Shown: piece after piece, positions 62,651 to 64,000 of the stretch
How positions within the stretch are numbered: position 1 is the stretch's first letter
How the letters are laid out: the number at the start of each line of letters is the position of its first letter
Source of the DNA: Vicugna vicugna
Lineage: Eukaryota
DNA length: 64,000 nucleotides
Direction: 5' to 3'
NCBI GenBank assembly: GCA_013265495.1
Contig: MU058213.1
Coordinates: 992,001-1,056,000, forward strand
Translations under genes and position numbers: made by a program
Notes under the pieces: model-generated
Database searches by the model: none
The model's input: the letters and a program-made list of their open reading frames with translations, nothing else
Told to the model about the DNA's origin: nothing

Positions 62651-63286
62651 AGGGTATATGGGATGAATGGGGTAAATGGGAATGGCTACAATCAAGGGTA
62701 TAATTTCTTTCAGAAAATATTTATAGGCAGACACTGGACTAAGTAAGTGCTAGAGTGAAATAGTAAGATTCCTTTTCCGCAAGAGAAGATAACTGAATGA
62801 AAGCAATTAGAATGTACTGTGATTAAGTGCTAAAACTGTGTTACATGGAAATGGTTATTGTGTTAGAAAATGGAGCAATTAACATAATGTAGGGGAGGGG
62901 AATAGTTTCCACAAAGGTATGTTTGAATTAAGTTCTAAAATACAAGTAGGAGTGTATCAACAGATATCACCAACTAAGACAAGGGAAGCCACAGATTGGA
63001 GAAAGACGTTTATGATGCCTATGACCATCCATGAAATTTTTAAAAAATAAAGAACTTCCACTTCTGGGAACCTGACCTAAGACACAGACAAAAGGCAACG
63101 GTTGCCATACATGCAGTCTAGAAAATAATGGATTCAGTTCAGGAGAGCAGCTAAGTGCCAAGATGACAGCTGTGCGTTAGGATGAGAGTAACGAGCTCAG
63201 ACTGAAGCAAAGGAGACGTAGCTTAGGTCAGCTGAATGCATCCAAGGTGCAAATGAGGAGGGAATCTGGGACTTGCAGGAGGCAGG
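62219..63286. repeat. About 70-bp inverted repeat; arms 62219-62288 and 63218-63286
   Basis: The arms are reverse complements differing by one substitution and one 1-bp indel. Confidence 0.95.
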
Positions 63287-64000
63287 GGAGTTTTCTGGAG
63301 CAAAAGGATGACTCTATAGAATACTTAATATAATGGAAGATATTAAAATAAGTGTGGTTATAATAGAGGCCAAAAGGACGAGGGGGAAAATAATTAGAAA
63401 CACCAAGAAAACAAAAAGCTATATATATAAGAAAATGAAATCATAGTACATATTGTGATCTGCAGTGAACTGTATCAACCTACAAAGCTGAGAGGACTAT
63501 TAATGATTATAAAATAGAATGCAAGTGTTACCAATCTCAATAAGGTAACTGTAAGAACACAGATGACAAAAAGAAGGGAGGAGAGTCAAAAGGAAGAATA
63601 GCGGTGTTAATACTGTCATCTTACATGCTAGAGAGCCAAGAAATACTGTTGACGGGATAAGAAATAAAGGTGAAAACATATTACTAGGCATTGTAAAGGA
63701 AGTCTATAAAGGAATCAAAAAAGTGATATGATCCTAGAAAGATGGTGGGAAGGAGGGGACGTCAGAAATTAAAGCTAAATCTTCACTTTCCAGTCTTGAA
63801 AACTATGTCTGAAATTAAAAGTCAAGAAACAGCAATATAAACATACTATTGAGAGGCATGGAGAAGAAACACAAAACAGCTTGAATGTCTCCAGAAGTTA
63901 GTTCTCCCTCTGGGAGCTAAACTTGGTAGTAGAGGCATATTTTGTGATTCTTAGCTTTTCACTATTTCCTTCTATAGTGCTTGACTTCAGAAATACTACA

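Noticed and set aside
62219..63286. DNA transposon or MITE with 70-bp TIRs
   Set aside because: No TSD, no transposase, and the left arm appears internal to an older LTR; kept instead as an inverted duplication.
1..64000. CRISPR arrays, operons or other prokaryotic systems
   Set aside because: The sequence is clearly mammalian; no regularly spaced repeat-spacer array was seen.

Overview
Mammalian genomic DNA, most likely a camelid judging by the tRNA-Ala(AGC)-derived SINE family (from recall, not a database result). The only host gene I recognise is MYO5A (myosin Va) on the minus strand. Its CpG-island promoter and first coding exon (MAASELYTK, 56776-56802, then a GTAAGG donor) lie near 56.3-57.4 kb. 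Positions 1-56775 are its first intron (exon 2 is outside the window) and 57.4-64 kb is upstream sequence. The rest is mostly transposon-derived: Tigger1, MER44, MER5A, MER20, L1s of several ages, L2, MIR, solo LTRs and SINEs with target-site duplications (TSDs). The most interesting object is a full-length S100A11 retrocopy in intron 1, sense to MYO5A. Its 104-aa ORF is open thanks to compensating -1/+4 indels. Its retained 5'UTR contains a branch-point/pyrimidine-tract/CAG acceptor that would fuse it in frame to MYO5A exon 1. Also notable are two short inverted copies of local sequence, each about 1 kb from its source, and candidate uORFs in the MYO5A leader. All functional claims are hypotheses; no proven novel system can be shown from sequence alone. 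Repeat family names are from memory of consensus sequences, and boundaries are approximate unless a TSD is given.
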